A stretch of 64,000 nt of DNA, taken from positions 672,001 through 736,000 of the forward strand of contig CAWBBV010000001.1 of assembly GCA_963787125.1 (NCBI GenBank). The letters are read 5' to 3'. Of this stretch, positions 18,003 to 27,947 are shown in pieces. Numbering within the stretch: position 1 is the stretch's first letter; every line of letters starts with the position of its first letter. The translations under genes were made by a program, and so were the position numbers. This DNA is from an uncultured delta proteobacterium. Lineage in GTDB: Bacteria; Desulfobacterota; Desulfuromonadia; Geobacterales; DSM-12255. The notes under the pieces are model-generated. The model was given only the letters and a program-made list of their open reading frames with translations, was not told the origin of the DNA and ran no database searches.

Positions 18003-18563
18003 TTATCTGACTGAAGCGTAGCGCCCAGTTCCTGCCCCGGTTGGGGTGTAGAATGTTACGTTTTCCAGTGCTGTGCCGGAGTACTGATCTATCCGGTATT
18101 TATCAGCATCTTTACTGACCACATAAGCGCGAGCCTGACCGTCTTTATCTGTTGTTACGACAGACTTGCCGCTTGTGCTATCCCAGTTGATGAGGGTTGT
18201 ATCTGCCAGACCATTTTTATTGTAGTGCTTTATGGTGTAGTCGATCATGCCGCCGTCTTTGCGGGCGTGAATCTTGAAGGTGTCATCGTTTTTGACATAC
18301 TGAAAATCCTTTTCTCCGGAGACCACCGGATTACTGCCACTCCAGAACTCAATGGAGTTGAAAGCGACAAAATCGACGAGAGCCGCGATTCCGTAAACCG
18401 GCACAATTACAAACACCCATGTCAGGCCGCTGCGCAGAAATTTGTCGCTGATCTGGCCGTTGGCCTGATAAATTTTCCTGGTTAACGCAAACTTGCCATA
18501 ACAGCCGGTGAGTGTTGCGGTAGTAATAATCACCATCATTGCCATTAAAAGGAATCGTTTCAT
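18003..18563 (-). CDS. Lipoprotein (DUF3332-like)
   Basis: Lipobox LTGC; YGKFALT...FNSIEFWSGSNP. Confidence 0.7.
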   Translation of the reverse strand: MKRFLLMAMMVIITTATLTGCYGKFALTRKIYQANGQISDKFLRSGLTWVFVIVPVYGIAALVDFVAFNSIEFWSGSNPVVSGEKDFQYVKNDDTFKIHARKDGGMIDYTIKHYNKNGLADTTLINWDSTSGKSVVTTDKDGQARAYVVSKDADKYRIDQYSGTALENVTFYTPTGAGTGRYASVR

Positions 18564-18910
18564 TTATTCACCGCCTCTTTTGAAATAGTCCTTGCTGGAC
18601 AAGTAAATACAGTAACAATCCAAGAGAGGGTGTCAAGCTAATCTTTAAATTTTGACTACTTGAGATTATCCCGTAAGAGCATGATCTCAAGAAAGGTCCA
18701 GCTGGCGACAATCCCCCGGAGGGCAGCTTCGCTGAAGAGTAAGTGTTGTGTTGACATTAGTTAATAATTCCAGAATAGTTACGGCCTATGAACCGGCTGA
18801 GTGGCAACTCCTCCGGCAGGGCAATCGATAACATTCGGGAAGAGTCGGGAACAATCGGGAATATGCTTGGAGCAAACGGTAAAAAAGTGGGAAGTCCCCT
18901 TAGAAAATTA

Positions 18911-19744
18911 ATGGTTCAGGTCTGTTACCTGCTCGCCGGCTCAATATTGCTGCTAACCGTCGGCTGCTCAGCGCTGTTGTTCTACCCCGAACGCCAACAT
19001 TCTCCCAATCCTGTCGCAGAGCGCTTTTCTCCACGAGATCTCTTTTTCCCCAGCGGTGACGGTGAAACCCTCCATGGCTGGTTCTTCAGCGCTACCAATC
19101 CCAAAGGAACAGTCCTGGTTTTTCACGGTAATGCCGGTAATCTCAGTACCCATGTCAACGGCGTTCTCTGGCTGGCGCAAGCAGGTTTTAATCTTTTTAT
19201 AGTAGACTGCCGCGGTTACGGCCGCTCGACAGGAACAGCGGATCTTGCCGGGGTACATCGTGACGGACTGGCAGCATTTCATTATCTGCTCACCCTTCCG
19301 GGAGTCGACAGGACGCGGATCGCCATTCTCGGTCAGAGTCTCGGCGGTTCGGTGGCAACTTATGTGGCCGCAGTAGCGCCGGAACGCCAGCGGCTGGATC
19401 TGCTTCTCCTGGACAGCAGTTTTTTCGGGTACCAGCAGATCGCCCGTGAAAAACTGGCCGATTTCTTCATTACCTGGCCTTTTCAGTATCCGCTTGCACT
19501 GTTGTTCAGCGACGCTTACAGCCCGGGAAAACGGATCGGTGCAGTCACCGCTCCATTGGTTATAATTCATGACAGGGATGATAAGATCGTCCCGTTTCAC
19601 CATGGCGAACAGCTCTATGCCGCCGGCAGAGAGCCGAAAGTGATGTTGTCGACCAATGGCCGAGGGCATATCTGCTCCTTCGCCGATGCGACTATCCGCC
19701 TCAGGGTAGCAGAATTGATTGCCGGGATCACGATTGTAAAGTAA
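18911..19744 (+). CDS. Alpha/beta hydrolase lipoprotein
   Basis: Lipobox TVGC; FHGNAGN, RGYGRS, GQSLG nucleophile, D.IVP, GH; exact start uncertain. Confidence 0.85.
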   Translation: MVQVCYLLAGSILLLTVGCSALLFYPERQHSPNPVAERFSPRDLFFPSGDGETLHGWFFSATNPKGTVLVFHGNAGNLSTHVNGVLWLAQAGFNLFIVDCRGYGRSTGTADLAGVHRDGLAAFHYLLTLPGVDRTRIAILGQSLGGSVATYVAAVAPERQRLDLLLLDSSFFGYQQIAREKLADFFITWPFQYPLALLFSDAYSPGKRIGAVTAPLVIIHDRDDKIVPFHHGEQLYAAGREPKVMLSTNGRGHICSFADATIRLRVAELIAGITIVK

Positions 19745-19831
19745 TTCGACAGGATAATTGTTGACAAACTTGCAAGGTAAAGTAAGATTTGAGCAGTTGG
19801 AATCCATTTAGTTGTAAAGGGGGAATCAATT

Positions 19832-20284
19832 ATGAAGAAAATTATGTTAGCTGCTGCCTTAACCGTGCTGTGTGCCAGTGCGGCCTATGCTGACCACAAC
19901 ACCGGCTGTGGTCTTGGTTCAACTCTCTGGGCGGGCAAAGCGGATTCTGTCGCTTCGCAGTCGCTGCAGGCTACTACGAACGGTACTTTCGGCAACCAGA
20001 CTTTCGGTATTACCTCCGGGACACTTGGCTGCACAACTCCGGCCAAAATGGTGAAAAACGAGCAGTTAAACCAGTTCGTCAAGACTAACATTGATAACCT
20101 GGCAAAAGATATTGCCCAGGGCCGTGGCGAAAACCTTGATGCCTTTGCTGAACTTCTTCAGGTGCCGGTCGAGAAGCGCGCTGAATTCGCTGCCAAACTG
20201 CAGGGTAATTTTGAAAAAGTATTTACCTCCAACCAGGTCGTCATGGCTGAAATCATCGACAATACTCTGACTGTAACCAATTAA
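19832..20284 (+). CDS. Exported protein (DUF3015-like)
   Basis: Signal peptide; GCGLG, ATTNGT.GNQTFGITSGTLGC, DIA.G.GE.L motifs. Confidence 0.8.
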   Translation: MKKIMLAAALTVLCASAAYADHNTGCGLGSTLWAGKADSVASQSLQATTNGTFGNQTFGITSGTLGCTTPAKMVKNEQLNQFVKTNIDNLAKDIAQGRGENLDAFAELLQVPVEKRAEFAAKLQGNFEKVFTSNQVVMAEIIDNTLTVTN

Positions 20285-22227
20285 TGTTTCTGTATGGCAG
20301 TCGTTTTTTAAAGGTATACGGAGCCTTGAGCTCCGTATACCTTTTTTGTAGCCTGACGGGAACAGTGCCGAACCTTGTCTCCCCAGCAGCGGCTGCCAGT
20401 TACCAGCAACGGTTGCTGGATCAGGCAGGCAGCCTGGGGGTCAGCACGTCAAGGGAGTGGGATGTCCTGCTTCACTACCGCCATAAAGGTGACAAGCAGG
20501 AAAGCATCATCGACGATCGCCGTTTTTTCCTGGCCACAAACGGTAAAACCGACCCGGCAGCTGAATTGACAGCAACCATTAACAGTCTGTTTGACAGCGC
20601 AGAAGCCGGCGATGAGCACCCTCGCTGCCGTTTTCCGGCACGGTTTGAATTGCTGCAAAGCCGGCTCGGCATTGATAAAAGCCGCCTGCCTGACCCTGTC
20701 TGCGGCAAGCTTGACGAAGCTCTCAAGGCGGTAGACCCACGCTCGGCAGTTCTGGTCTTTCCGGCTGCCCACAATAATGGTCCGGCTTCCATGTTCGGCC
20801 ACACCCTGCTGCGAGTCGGCAGCTCCTATCAGAATGAACTGCTCTCCTATGCCGTCAACTATGCTGCTCATTCCAACGAGACAAACGGATTTCTCTTTGC
20901 TTTCAAGGGGATCTTCGGCTTTTATCCAGGCTATTTCTCTATTTTGCCCTACTATGAGAAAGTCAAGGAATACAATGACCTGGAACATCGCGATGTCTGG
21001 GAGTACGGCCTTAAACTGACCCCTGATGAAGTCCGGCGGATGGCGCTCCATATCTGGGAGTTGCAGGGAATCTCTTCCGAGTATTACTTCTTTGACGAAA
21101 ACTGCTCATTCATGCTGCTCTCCCTCTTGGAAGCCGCCCGGCCTGAGCTAAGGCTTTCTCAGGAGTATTGGGACCGCTGGAGTTTCTGGGTTATTCCGGC
21201 CGACACTATCAGTACTGTTCGCCGTGCCGGCTTGATCGATAAGGTAAATTATCGCCCTTCCCAGGCGACACGCATCCGCCACCTGGCCGCCCTGCAGACC
21301 GAGAGTGCTCAAAAGGCCGCGCTTGCTATTGCCATGCAAGAGCTTCCTGCCGCGACCGAAGCAGGCTCAGTCTCTCCTCTGGAAGAGCGCCGTCAGGTGC
21401 TCGATCTGGCGACTGAATACCTTCAGTATCGTTTTTCACGCAAGGATTTGACCCAGAAGGAATTTCAAAGCCAATTCCTGCCGATCCTTAAAGCAAGGAG
21501 CGGCCTTGGCACAGGCGACAAAAAGGCGGCCGAAACGCCTGTTCCGCCACAGCCTGAAGAGGGGCACCTACCCGGGAAAGTCTCTCTCGGCGCCGGAGTG
21601 CGTCGAGACCAACCTTACCAGTCGCTGACCTGGCAGGCGGCCTATCACGATCTTCTTGATCCTGATGCTGGATACACCAGGGGTGCTCAAATCAATTTCG
21701 CTGCTGTCAGCGGTCGCTACTATCCGCAGGAGCATCGATTCCAGTTGCAGAGTCTCCACCCGGTTGACATAATTTCTCTCGCCCCGAGGGACCTTTTTTT
21801 TCAGCCGTTTTCGTGGAAGGTCAGCGGCGGTTTCGATCGTAAAACTTTTGCCGACGGCACTGACCGCCTTTTTATGCGCCTTGACACCGGCGGAGGGATG
21901 GCATGGGATATCCCTCGAATGAACAACAGCATCGGCTACGTCATGGCCGAAGCCGATATCAATCTTTCTGACCATTTTGAGCACAAAACTGCGCTCGGCG
22001 GCGGAGCGACGGTCGGCGTTCTCTCCAATCTCACTGATACGTGGAAAGCCCACCTGTCATCCTCAGGACTCTTCTACGTTATTGAAAAGCATCAGCACTT
22101 CAACCTGGCTCTTGACCAGCATCTCAGTCTGTACAAGAATTCAGGTTTGCTCCTGCATACTCTCTGGGAGCGCTCTTTCAATTACAACAGGACCGAAGCC
22201 GGCGTGAGCTGGGTCAGATATTTCTGA
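20284..22227 (+). CDS. DUF4105-domain outer-membrane protein
   Basis: CRFPAR, SMFGHTLLR and YYFFDENCS motifs; beta-rich C-terminus ending in Phe. Confidence 0.8.
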   Translation: MFLYGSRFLKVYGALSSVYLFCSLTGTVPNLVSPAAAASYQQRLLDQAGSLGVSTSREWDVLLHYRHKGDKQESIIDDRRFFLATNGKTDPAAELTATINSLFDSAEAGDEHPRCRFPARFELLQSRLGIDKSRLPDPVCGKLDEALKAVDPRSAVLVFPAAHNNGPASMFGHTLLRVGSSYQNELLSYAVNYAAHSNETNGFLFAFKGIFGFYPGYFSILPYYEKVKEYNDLEHRDVWEYGLKLTPDEVRRMALHIWELQGISSEYYFFDENCSFMLLSLLEAARPELRLSQEYWDRWSFWVIPADTISTVRRAGLIDKVNYRPSQATRIRHLAALQTESAQKAALAIAMQELPAATEAGSVSPLEERRQVLDLATEYLQYRFSRKDLTQKEFQSQFLPILKARSGLGTGDKKAAETPVPPQPEEGHLPGKVSLGAGVRRDQPYQSLTWQAAYHDLLDPDAGYTRGAQINFAAVSGRYYPQEHRFQLQSLHPVDIISLAPRDLFFQPFSWKVSGGFDRKTFADGTDRLFMRLDTGGGMAWDIPRMNNSIGYVMAEADINLSDHFEHKTALGGGATVGVLSNLTDTWKAHLSSSGLFYVIEKHQHFNLALDQHLSLYKNSGLLLHTLWERSFNYNRTEAGVSWVRYF

Positions 22228-22277
22228 ACCCTGCAACACCCCCCCCGCAGTGCAACTCCTGCAAGAAATTTCGACTA

Positions 22278-23549
22278 TCAGTTCTTAAGGAAATCCAGTA
22301 GCAGCATTATGTTCAGGAAGGTTACAATGGCAGCAATTCCCCAGAGGAGAGTTGCGCCAAAGAGGGTGTTTGCATGACTCCCCATGACTTTTGTTGACGA
22401 GGTGAGATAGATCTGCAAAAAAATAGTCCAGGGGAGCTGGATGCTGAGAAGTACCTGAGAGAAAATTAATCCTTTGAGCGTGTCGTTAATAAAGAAGATT
22501 GCCGCAGCGCCGATAACAAGAGTCAGCAGTATGCCGGTTTTGGTGTGTTGATCACTGCTGTTAAATGGTTCGGCGAAAATTCCCGCGAAAATGCTTCCAC
22601 CGGCCATACCGGCGGTGATTGATGAAGCGATGCCGGCCAGCAGGAGTGCCAGGGCAAAGACAATCGCGGCGCTGTTGCCCAGGAGCGGATGGAGCATCTC
22701 TTTAGCCTGCGCGAGCTCTGTGATGTTGAGTCTATTGACGTAAAAAGTCGCTGCTGCCAGGAGGATCATGGCGCTGTTTATCCCCCAACCGATAATCATT
22801 GATATGAGGGTGTCGAGAAACTCGAATTTCAGCTGATAGCGGATCGTTTCATCGCTTTCGAGATTCCACTGTCTGCTCTGGATAATCTCGGAGTGGAGAA
22901 AGAGGTTGTGCGGCATGACAACCGCGCCGAGAACGCTCATGATAATCGGTAGCGAGCCGACCGGGAAAGCGGGGGTGATCCAGCCAAACGTCGCAGCATG
23001 CCAGTCTGTCGGCACAAGCCAGAGTTCAAAAATGAAGGATAAGCCGATAAGAGAAACAAAGCCGATGATAAAGCGTTCGAGCTTTTTGTAGGCTGTGCCG
23101 AAAAGCAGCCAGATGGTAAGGGCAAGCAGCAGGAGTGCACCAACTTTCAGCGGTAGGCCAAAGAGCATTTGCAGTGCGATTGCCCCGCCAAGAATCTCGG
23201 CAGTGGCGGTGGCGCAGGCGGCAAGGCAGGCTGAACCGAGGATCGGCCGTGAAATAAATGCCGGTAGATGGTGAGTGGCCGCTTCGGACAGGCACTCGCC
23301 GGTGACGATGCCGAGATGGGCGGCGTTGTGTTGCAGGAGAATCAGCATGAGTGTGGATAGGGAGACCATCCAGAGGAGTTTGTAGCCGTAGATGGAGCCG
23401 GCAGCGACATTTGCCGCCCAGTTGCCTGGATCGATGAAGCCGACAGTTACCAGCAGGCCGGGGCCGATGTATTTCCTGATGTCCGAAAATACCGCCTTTG
23501 TCTGCTCATCCCACCTGAAAAGACCGGATAGCTTCATAATGCCGGGCAC
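22278..23549 (-). CDS. mntH: Nramp-family divalent metal transporter
   Basis: GFIDPGNW and GAVVMPHNLFLHS motifs. Confidence 0.92.
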   Translation of the reverse strand: MPGIMKLSGLFRWDEQTKAVFSDIRKYIGPGLLVTVGFIDPGNWAANVAAGSIYGYKLLWMVSLSTLMLILLQHNAAHLGIVTGECLSEAATHHLPAFISRPILGSACLAACATATAEILGGAIALQMLFGLPLKVGALLLLALTIWLLFGTAYKKLERFIIGFVSLIGLSFIFELWLVPTDWHAATFGWITPAFPVGSLPIIMSVLGAVVMPHNLFLHSEIIQSRQWNLESDETIRYQLKFEFLDTLISMIIGWGINSAMILLAAATFYVNRLNITELAQAKEMLHPLLGNSAAIVFALALLLAGIASSITAGMAGGSIFAGIFAEPFNSSDQHTKTGILLTLVIGAAAIFFINDTLKGLIFSQVLLSIQLPWTIFLQIYLTSSTKVMGSHANTLFGATLLWGIAAIVTFLNIMLLLDFLKN

Positions 23550-23558
23550 CTGTCAATT

Positions 23559-24440
23559 TCAGACCTTGAGAATTTTCATCCGTTCCACTTTGATTTCGCC
23601 AAGCCCTCTTTTGTAGGCTTCCACAGTCACAGCAATCTCCTCAGGCTTCAGGCCGAAAAGGGTGGTGGCATAAGCGTCTGCGGCAACAATATCGGTTGAG
23701 GCAATGACTTTGTTCAAGATTTTTACATCTTTAATATCGCCACCTTGCGGGCCATGGGCAATCAGTATCCTGGTTGCATCGACAACGACCAGGTGCGTTT
23801 TGAAAACAGCATTGATATCAGCAAGCGCAACATCGATGTTTTTATGGATTGAACCGCGATTCCCCCCCATTATCCCCATGATGTTTTTCATGCCGATGGT
23901 CAGTTTTGAAAGGCCGTGGTGTTTCAGCACCGGAACATTAATATAAACGTCAGCTGAAAGTGCTTCACCGTAAAGGTCCCACTCCTTCAGAGCTTTACCA
24001 TTGAGAGCGACTTTTTTGTAGCGCTCTTCTTCCAGGTATTTAACCTCTACCCCTTTCAAACCTTTTAAAGCAGCTTCGATGCCGCTGTTTTTGTAGCAGC
24101 GGCGTTCATCATTACAGGTCCGGTCAAATACCTTGACCTTTTTCGCCCCGGCCTGCAAGCACTCTGCGACAACAGCCCTGACTACCAGCGGATTTGTGTT
24201 GGCTGCCAGCTCAGGAGTCCTGTCCCACCCCATGTTGGGCTTGACGACAACGGTATTGCCCGGCTTCACAAAGCGTTTCATGCCGCCGAGTGCATTGATG
24301 GCATTTCTGGTGATCTGTGCAGCATCAATGCCATCGGCAACGGCCACGGTCGGGCCGGTAGCGGCAAAGAGATTCCGCAAAGGAAAACTCCAGAATAGCG
24401 AAGACAGTCCAAGTAGTCGTAAAAAACGTCGTCTTTCCAC
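23559..24440 (-). CDS. DUF362-family protein with Tat signal
   Basis: ERRRFL twin-arginine signal; VVKPN, TNP.VV and INVPVLKHH...T..MKN motifs. Confidence 0.85.
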   Translation of the reverse strand: MERRRFLRLLGLSSLFWSFPLRNLFAATGPTVAVADGIDAAQITRNAINALGGMKRFVKPGNTVVVKPNMGWDRTPELAANTNPLVVRAVVAECLQAGAKKVKVFDRTCNDERRCYKNSGIEAALKGLKGVEVKYLEEERYKKVALNGKALKEWDLYGEALSADVYINVPVLKHHGLSKLTIGMKNIMGIMGGNRGSIHKNIDVALADINAVFKTHLVVVDATRILIAHGPQGGDIKDVKILNKVIASTDIVAADAYATTLFGLKPEEIAVTVEAYKRGLGEIKVERMKILKV

Positions 24441-24457
24441 CCCGTTACCTCCTGCAA

Positions 24458-25267
24458 CTATTTTTTAGGAGTTGTCTTTGCCGGCGGTTCTTCAATTTCC
24501 GGGCACTGGCTCTTATGCTGGATCCACTGGGTCTTTTTCGGGCTGATCTTGAGAATGTCCACCGGAGCGCTTACTTTCAGCGGTTCAGCTGTCGCTTCCG
24601 CCAGGATCCATTCGTTGATGTTTCTCACTTCGTCAAAATCGCTGAAAAAATCTTTCTTCTTCATGAGAGCATTGATGGCATCCTGCATGCCAAGAAAGAG
24701 AATTTTAGGTTGGTCCGAACCAGGCTTGGTCACGATGTTCTGCTTGATCGCCTCAAGCTTCACCGGCTCAGTTTTCTTGCTGGTAATCCGGTACTCCAGC
24801 ATGGCGAGAACCGTCCCCTTTTTTTCAGCTCCAGCGACCAGAACCTGCATGGCGATACGGTTTTGCACATCTTCTGTGTACCATCTGGAAAAAAGTTTAT
24901 CGTCAGTAGTGCGGAGTTTTTCAAAAGCCGCCTGCAGCTTCCCCTGAACGGCGGTGTCAAAGGCATCAAGCCGGGCGCTGATAGTCCCTTTACCGGCAAA
25001 ACTTTGCTCAGCGATTGTGTAGGCGCTGAAGCTGGAGGCCGGAAGCGCAGGAATGCCAGAGAAAACTAGGTAGACATCACTGATTTTCGAGAATTTGCAT
25101 TGGCTTATGGCGACATCTTTTTCGATGAGTACCCTGCTGTCAGCGCCGATGAAAATATCATCACCGGTTTTGATGGCAACGATACTTGTAGCCTGAGCTG
25201 CCGAGGTAGCAAGTGCTAGCGCTACAGCTACAACTGAAACACGGAATAGTGGTGAAATGCCGATCAT
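24458..25267 (-). CDS. Exported proteasome-beta/HslV-like Ntn-hydrolase-fold protein
   Basis: Signal peptide ending AQA followed directly by TSIVA...GADSR...K; FSG, VLVAG and VSAPVDILKI segments. Confidence 0.7.
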   Translation of the reverse strand: MIGISPLFRVSVVAVALALATSAAQATSIVAIKTGDDIFIGADSRVLIEKDVAISQCKFSKISDVYLVFSGIPALPASSFSAYTIAEQSFAGKGTISARLDAFDTAVQGKLQAAFEKLRTTDDKLFSRWYTEDVQNRIAMQVLVAGAEKKGTVLAMLEYRITSKKTEPVKLEAIKQNIVTKPGSDQPKILFLGMQDAINALMKKKDFFSDFDEVRNINEWILAEATAEPLKVSAPVDILKISPKKTQWIQHKSQCPEIEEPPAKTTPKK

Positions 25268-25294
25268 GATGAGACGGTCTCCTTTACTTTGTAA

Positions 25295-25669
25295 TTATTC
25301 CAGTATCTTAATCTCTTTGACGAAATACTCTGTATCACCAAACCAGTTTGACGGCAGACCTTTGTGCTGCTCATAAACAACCGCTACTCGCCTGCCTACC
25401 GAGGTGTTGATCCTTTTGGCGAGGTCATCGGTTCGGACGGTGAAGAAGAATTTTTCCGGCATTGAACCCGGCACGGCAACGAGAGTAAGCTCACCTTCCC
25501 AGGTCTTTAACAACCACCCTTTTTCGGAAAACTTCTGTATGTAGCCGGCACGTTCACCCTTGGAGTAGCTCCAGTTGAGCGCAACCCAGAGATAACCTGC
25601 CAGTAGCGCTGCACTCAGTGCAAAGGGGGTGAATATCCAAAAGAAAACTTTTGTTTTGGTAACAGCCAT
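25295..25669 (-). CDS. Conserved membrane-anchored hypothetical protein
   Basis: One N-terminal TM; YS.GERAG...KFS.KGW..KTWEG pattern; GGAGG RBS. Confidence 0.7.
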   Translation of the reverse strand: MAVTKTKVFFWIFTPFALSAALLAGYLWVALNWSYSKGERAGYIQKFSEKGWLLKTWEGELTLVAVPGSMPEKFFFTVRTDDLAKRINTSVGRRVAVVYEQHKGLPSNWFGDTEYFVKEIKILE

Positions 25670-25819
25670 GATCTCCTCCTGTCATCAGTCTGGGATAAAG
25701 CTAACCTTGCGGTGAATTTATGTCAAGTTCCTTGACAGGGTAAAGGTTTAGATGGCATAGGATGTAAAAGTTTGACGAGTAAACCGCCGGTGGATTGCTG
25801 CCGGTATTTCAAGGGCCAC

Positions 25820-26428
25820 ATGAAATGTAACGGCGATAATATTTTTGAAGAGATTTCCTATCTTATCAAGCATCCCAGGCCGGTCATCCGTGACATCCCC
25901 GGGCATAGAAAAGCAGCGGTTGCACTGTTGATTGAGAGAAGCTGTGAGAGCTGCCGGATACTTTTTATCGAACGTGCCACGCATCCGGGTGACCCTTGGT
26001 CCGGGAATATCGGTTTTCCCGGAGGGAAGGTCGAGAAAAGTGATGTTGATACCCGTCATGCGGCGGAACGGGAGACAATGGAGGAACTCGGAGTTGATCT
26101 GGGCAAAGCTGAATATCTCGGCAGGCTATCGGATCTTGACGGCACACATCTGCCGGTGCTGCTTTCCTGTTTTGTTTACGGAGTTTTAGAGGAAAACGTT
26201 GAATTTACGCTCAGCGAGGAGGTCAAAGACGTCTTCTGGCTCACAATCGAAGAGCTGACCGATCCTGTCCGTCAGGGCATGCACGCCTTTACCTTTGCCG
26301 GGGATCGCTTTGAAAGCCCCTGCATCCGGCTTCCCTATGACGATAAGCCGGTGTTATGGGGACTTACCTATCGCCTTGTCAAGGAGTTTCTTGAGAAGAC
26401 GGGTAGATTTATGGGAGAAACAAAATGA
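25820..26428 (+). CDS. Nudix hydrolase, CoA pyrophosphatase family
   Basis: AAVA, DPWSG.IGFPGG, Nudix box RETMEELG, LWGLT. Confidence 0.88.
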   Translation: MKCNGDNIFEEISYLIKHPRPVIRDIPGHRKAAVALLIERSCESCRILFIERATHPGDPWSGNIGFPGGKVEKSDVDTRHAAERETMEELGVDLGKAEYLGRLSDLDGTHLPVLLSCFVYGVLEENVEFTLSEEVKDVFWLTIEELTDPVRQGMHAFTFAGDRFESPCIRLPYDDKPVLWGLTYRLVKEFLEKTGRFMGETK

Positions 26429-26739
26429 AACCGCGAAGGCCGGTAAGTGTCAAGTTACCGACAGAGGAGGAGATCGCCGCGAAGCTGCGCAGCATGCGGG
26501 CGGCAATTGATGATAACGGCAATTACCGCCAGAAATCCCTGAGAATGTTCGGGCTCATCTGTGCCAGATGTGCCAGGGAGTTTGACCAGAGCAATGTTCA
26601 CCTCCTTACGGTGCATCATCGCGACGGTAATCATAACAATAATTCTCCGGACGGCTCAAACTGGGAAAATCTCTGCTCTCATTGTCATGATGATGTGCAT
26701 GCGCGCGGGGAGCTGGGGGAGTATCTGAATAAAAAATGA
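26425..26739 (+). CDS. YajD-family HNH nuclease
   Basis: CARC, LTVHHRDGNH.NN.PDGSNWENLC..CHD..H. Confidence 0.85.
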   Translation: MKPRRPVSVKLPTEEEIAAKLRSMRAAIDDNGNYRQKSLRMFGLICARCAREFDQSNVHLLTVHHRDGNHNNNSPDGSNWENLCSHCHDDVHARGELGEYLNKK

Positions 26740-26826
26740 CTGGAGCGGCAGTGGGGCTGCTCTGATTACTTCGCGTGCGCAGTCGAATAGATGCAAGCCG
26801 TTGTCAATAGGCTATTCAAGGAGAAT

Positions 26827-27132
26827 ATGGAAGCTATAAAAACCAGAGATGAACTTGCGCTGAATATTGATGAGGCCCAGTGGCAGTGGCTGAAACCTAA
26901 TCTTGAGCGGGGGGCGCTGATAACTGTTGCAGCGGCACTTGATCTGGCCGAAGCCGGTGAGAGGATTGCAGCCGATGATTCAGTGATGTTGGCTGCCTGG
27001 ATAGCTGCCGGTACGGTCAGCAAGCCAACTGCGGAAGAAATCGGAGCGTGGGATAAGGAACCGGGGAAGAAGTTTCTCACTCTTATCATCAGCCCTTATG
27101 TGTTGATTCAGGAGTTAGGAACAATTAATTGA
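26827..27132 (+). CDS. DUF2288-like protein
   Basis: W.WL.P..ERG.L..V...LDL and I.SPYVL.Q patterns. Confidence 0.7.
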   Translation: MEAIKTRDELALNIDEAQWQWLKPNLERGALITVAAALDLAEAGERIAADDSVMLAAWIAAGTVSKPTAEEIGAWDKEPGKKFLTLIISPYVLIQELGTIN

Positions 27133-27154
27133 GATCTTGAAAACGGGAGGGATC

Positions 27155-27877
27155 ATGTCCGAAAACAGCGAAAAGCTTTCATGCAGTTCTTGTAATAGTG
27201 TCTGGGCAAATAAAGGGACAACCAACTGCTGGAGTGGCGATCCCGCCACTGCCCCGCCCCGCCCCGGCTACTGCCCGACAGGGCACGGCGCCGAGATTAT
27301 TGAAAAATCCTTTGCCGAGTACACCAGTGACAGCGAGGATGCCCGGTTGGCAATGGTTGCCGCTAAGGTTGAGGGGCTCTGCTACCTGAAGGTTCCTGGC
27401 AGCACGACTGTAACTGCCCGCTGGACCAGGGTCGAGGATACAATTGCCCTTGCCAGGCTTATGGGGTGGAAGAGGATCGGTATTGCCACCTGTATCGGCC
27501 TTTTGGCGGAGACTGAGAGTCTGGCGGCAATTCTGACTGCACAAGGTCTTGAGCCGTTAACCGTCTGTTGCAAGGCGGGCAGCATCGACAAGAACGCTCT
27601 CGGTATCGCGGAAGATGACAAGGTACGGCCGAATACTTTCGAGCCCGCGTGCAATCCGATTGCCCAGGCTGAACTCTGCAACCGGGCGGAAACCGATATG
27701 AATATCATTGTCGGTCTCTGTGTGGGACACGATATGCTTTTTAATAAATATTCCAAAGCGCCGGTGACAACACTTGTCTGCAAGGACAGAGTGACCGGAC
27801 ATAATCCCGTGGCAGTACTCTATGGGCAGAGCTTCTATTATAAACGGCTGCAGAAGTTTCCATTGGACTTAAACTGA
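27155..27877 (+). CDS. DUF1847-like Cys-rich metal-binding protein
   Basis: TRVE, GIATCIGL, CCK.G.IDK, CNPIAQA, GLCVGHD. Confidence 0.8.
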   Translation: MSENSEKLSCSSCNSVWANKGTTNCWSGDPATAPPRPGYCPTGHGAEIIEKSFAEYTSDSEDARLAMVAAKVEGLCYLKVPGSTTVTARWTRVEDTIALARLMGWKRIGIATCIGLLAETESLAAILTAQGLEPLTVCCKAGSIDKNALGIAEDDKVRPNTFEPACNPIAQAELCNRAETDMNIIVGLCVGHDMLFNKYSKAPVTTLVCKDRVTGHNPVAVLYGQSFYYKRLQKFPLDLN

Positions 27878-27947
27878 AAAATGACAGTTGTGTAATCTGT
27901 GATATGCTTAATCTCGATTGATAAAATTACATCAAAGAGAAATCACG

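Noticed and set aside
18968..19807. 279-aa antisense ORF and the many other overlapping shadow ORFs
   Set aside because: Opposite well-supported genes and lacking recognisable motifs
26425..26739. HNH nuclease as a defence or mobile gene
   Set aside because: Matches the widespread YajD-type family in a housekeeping context
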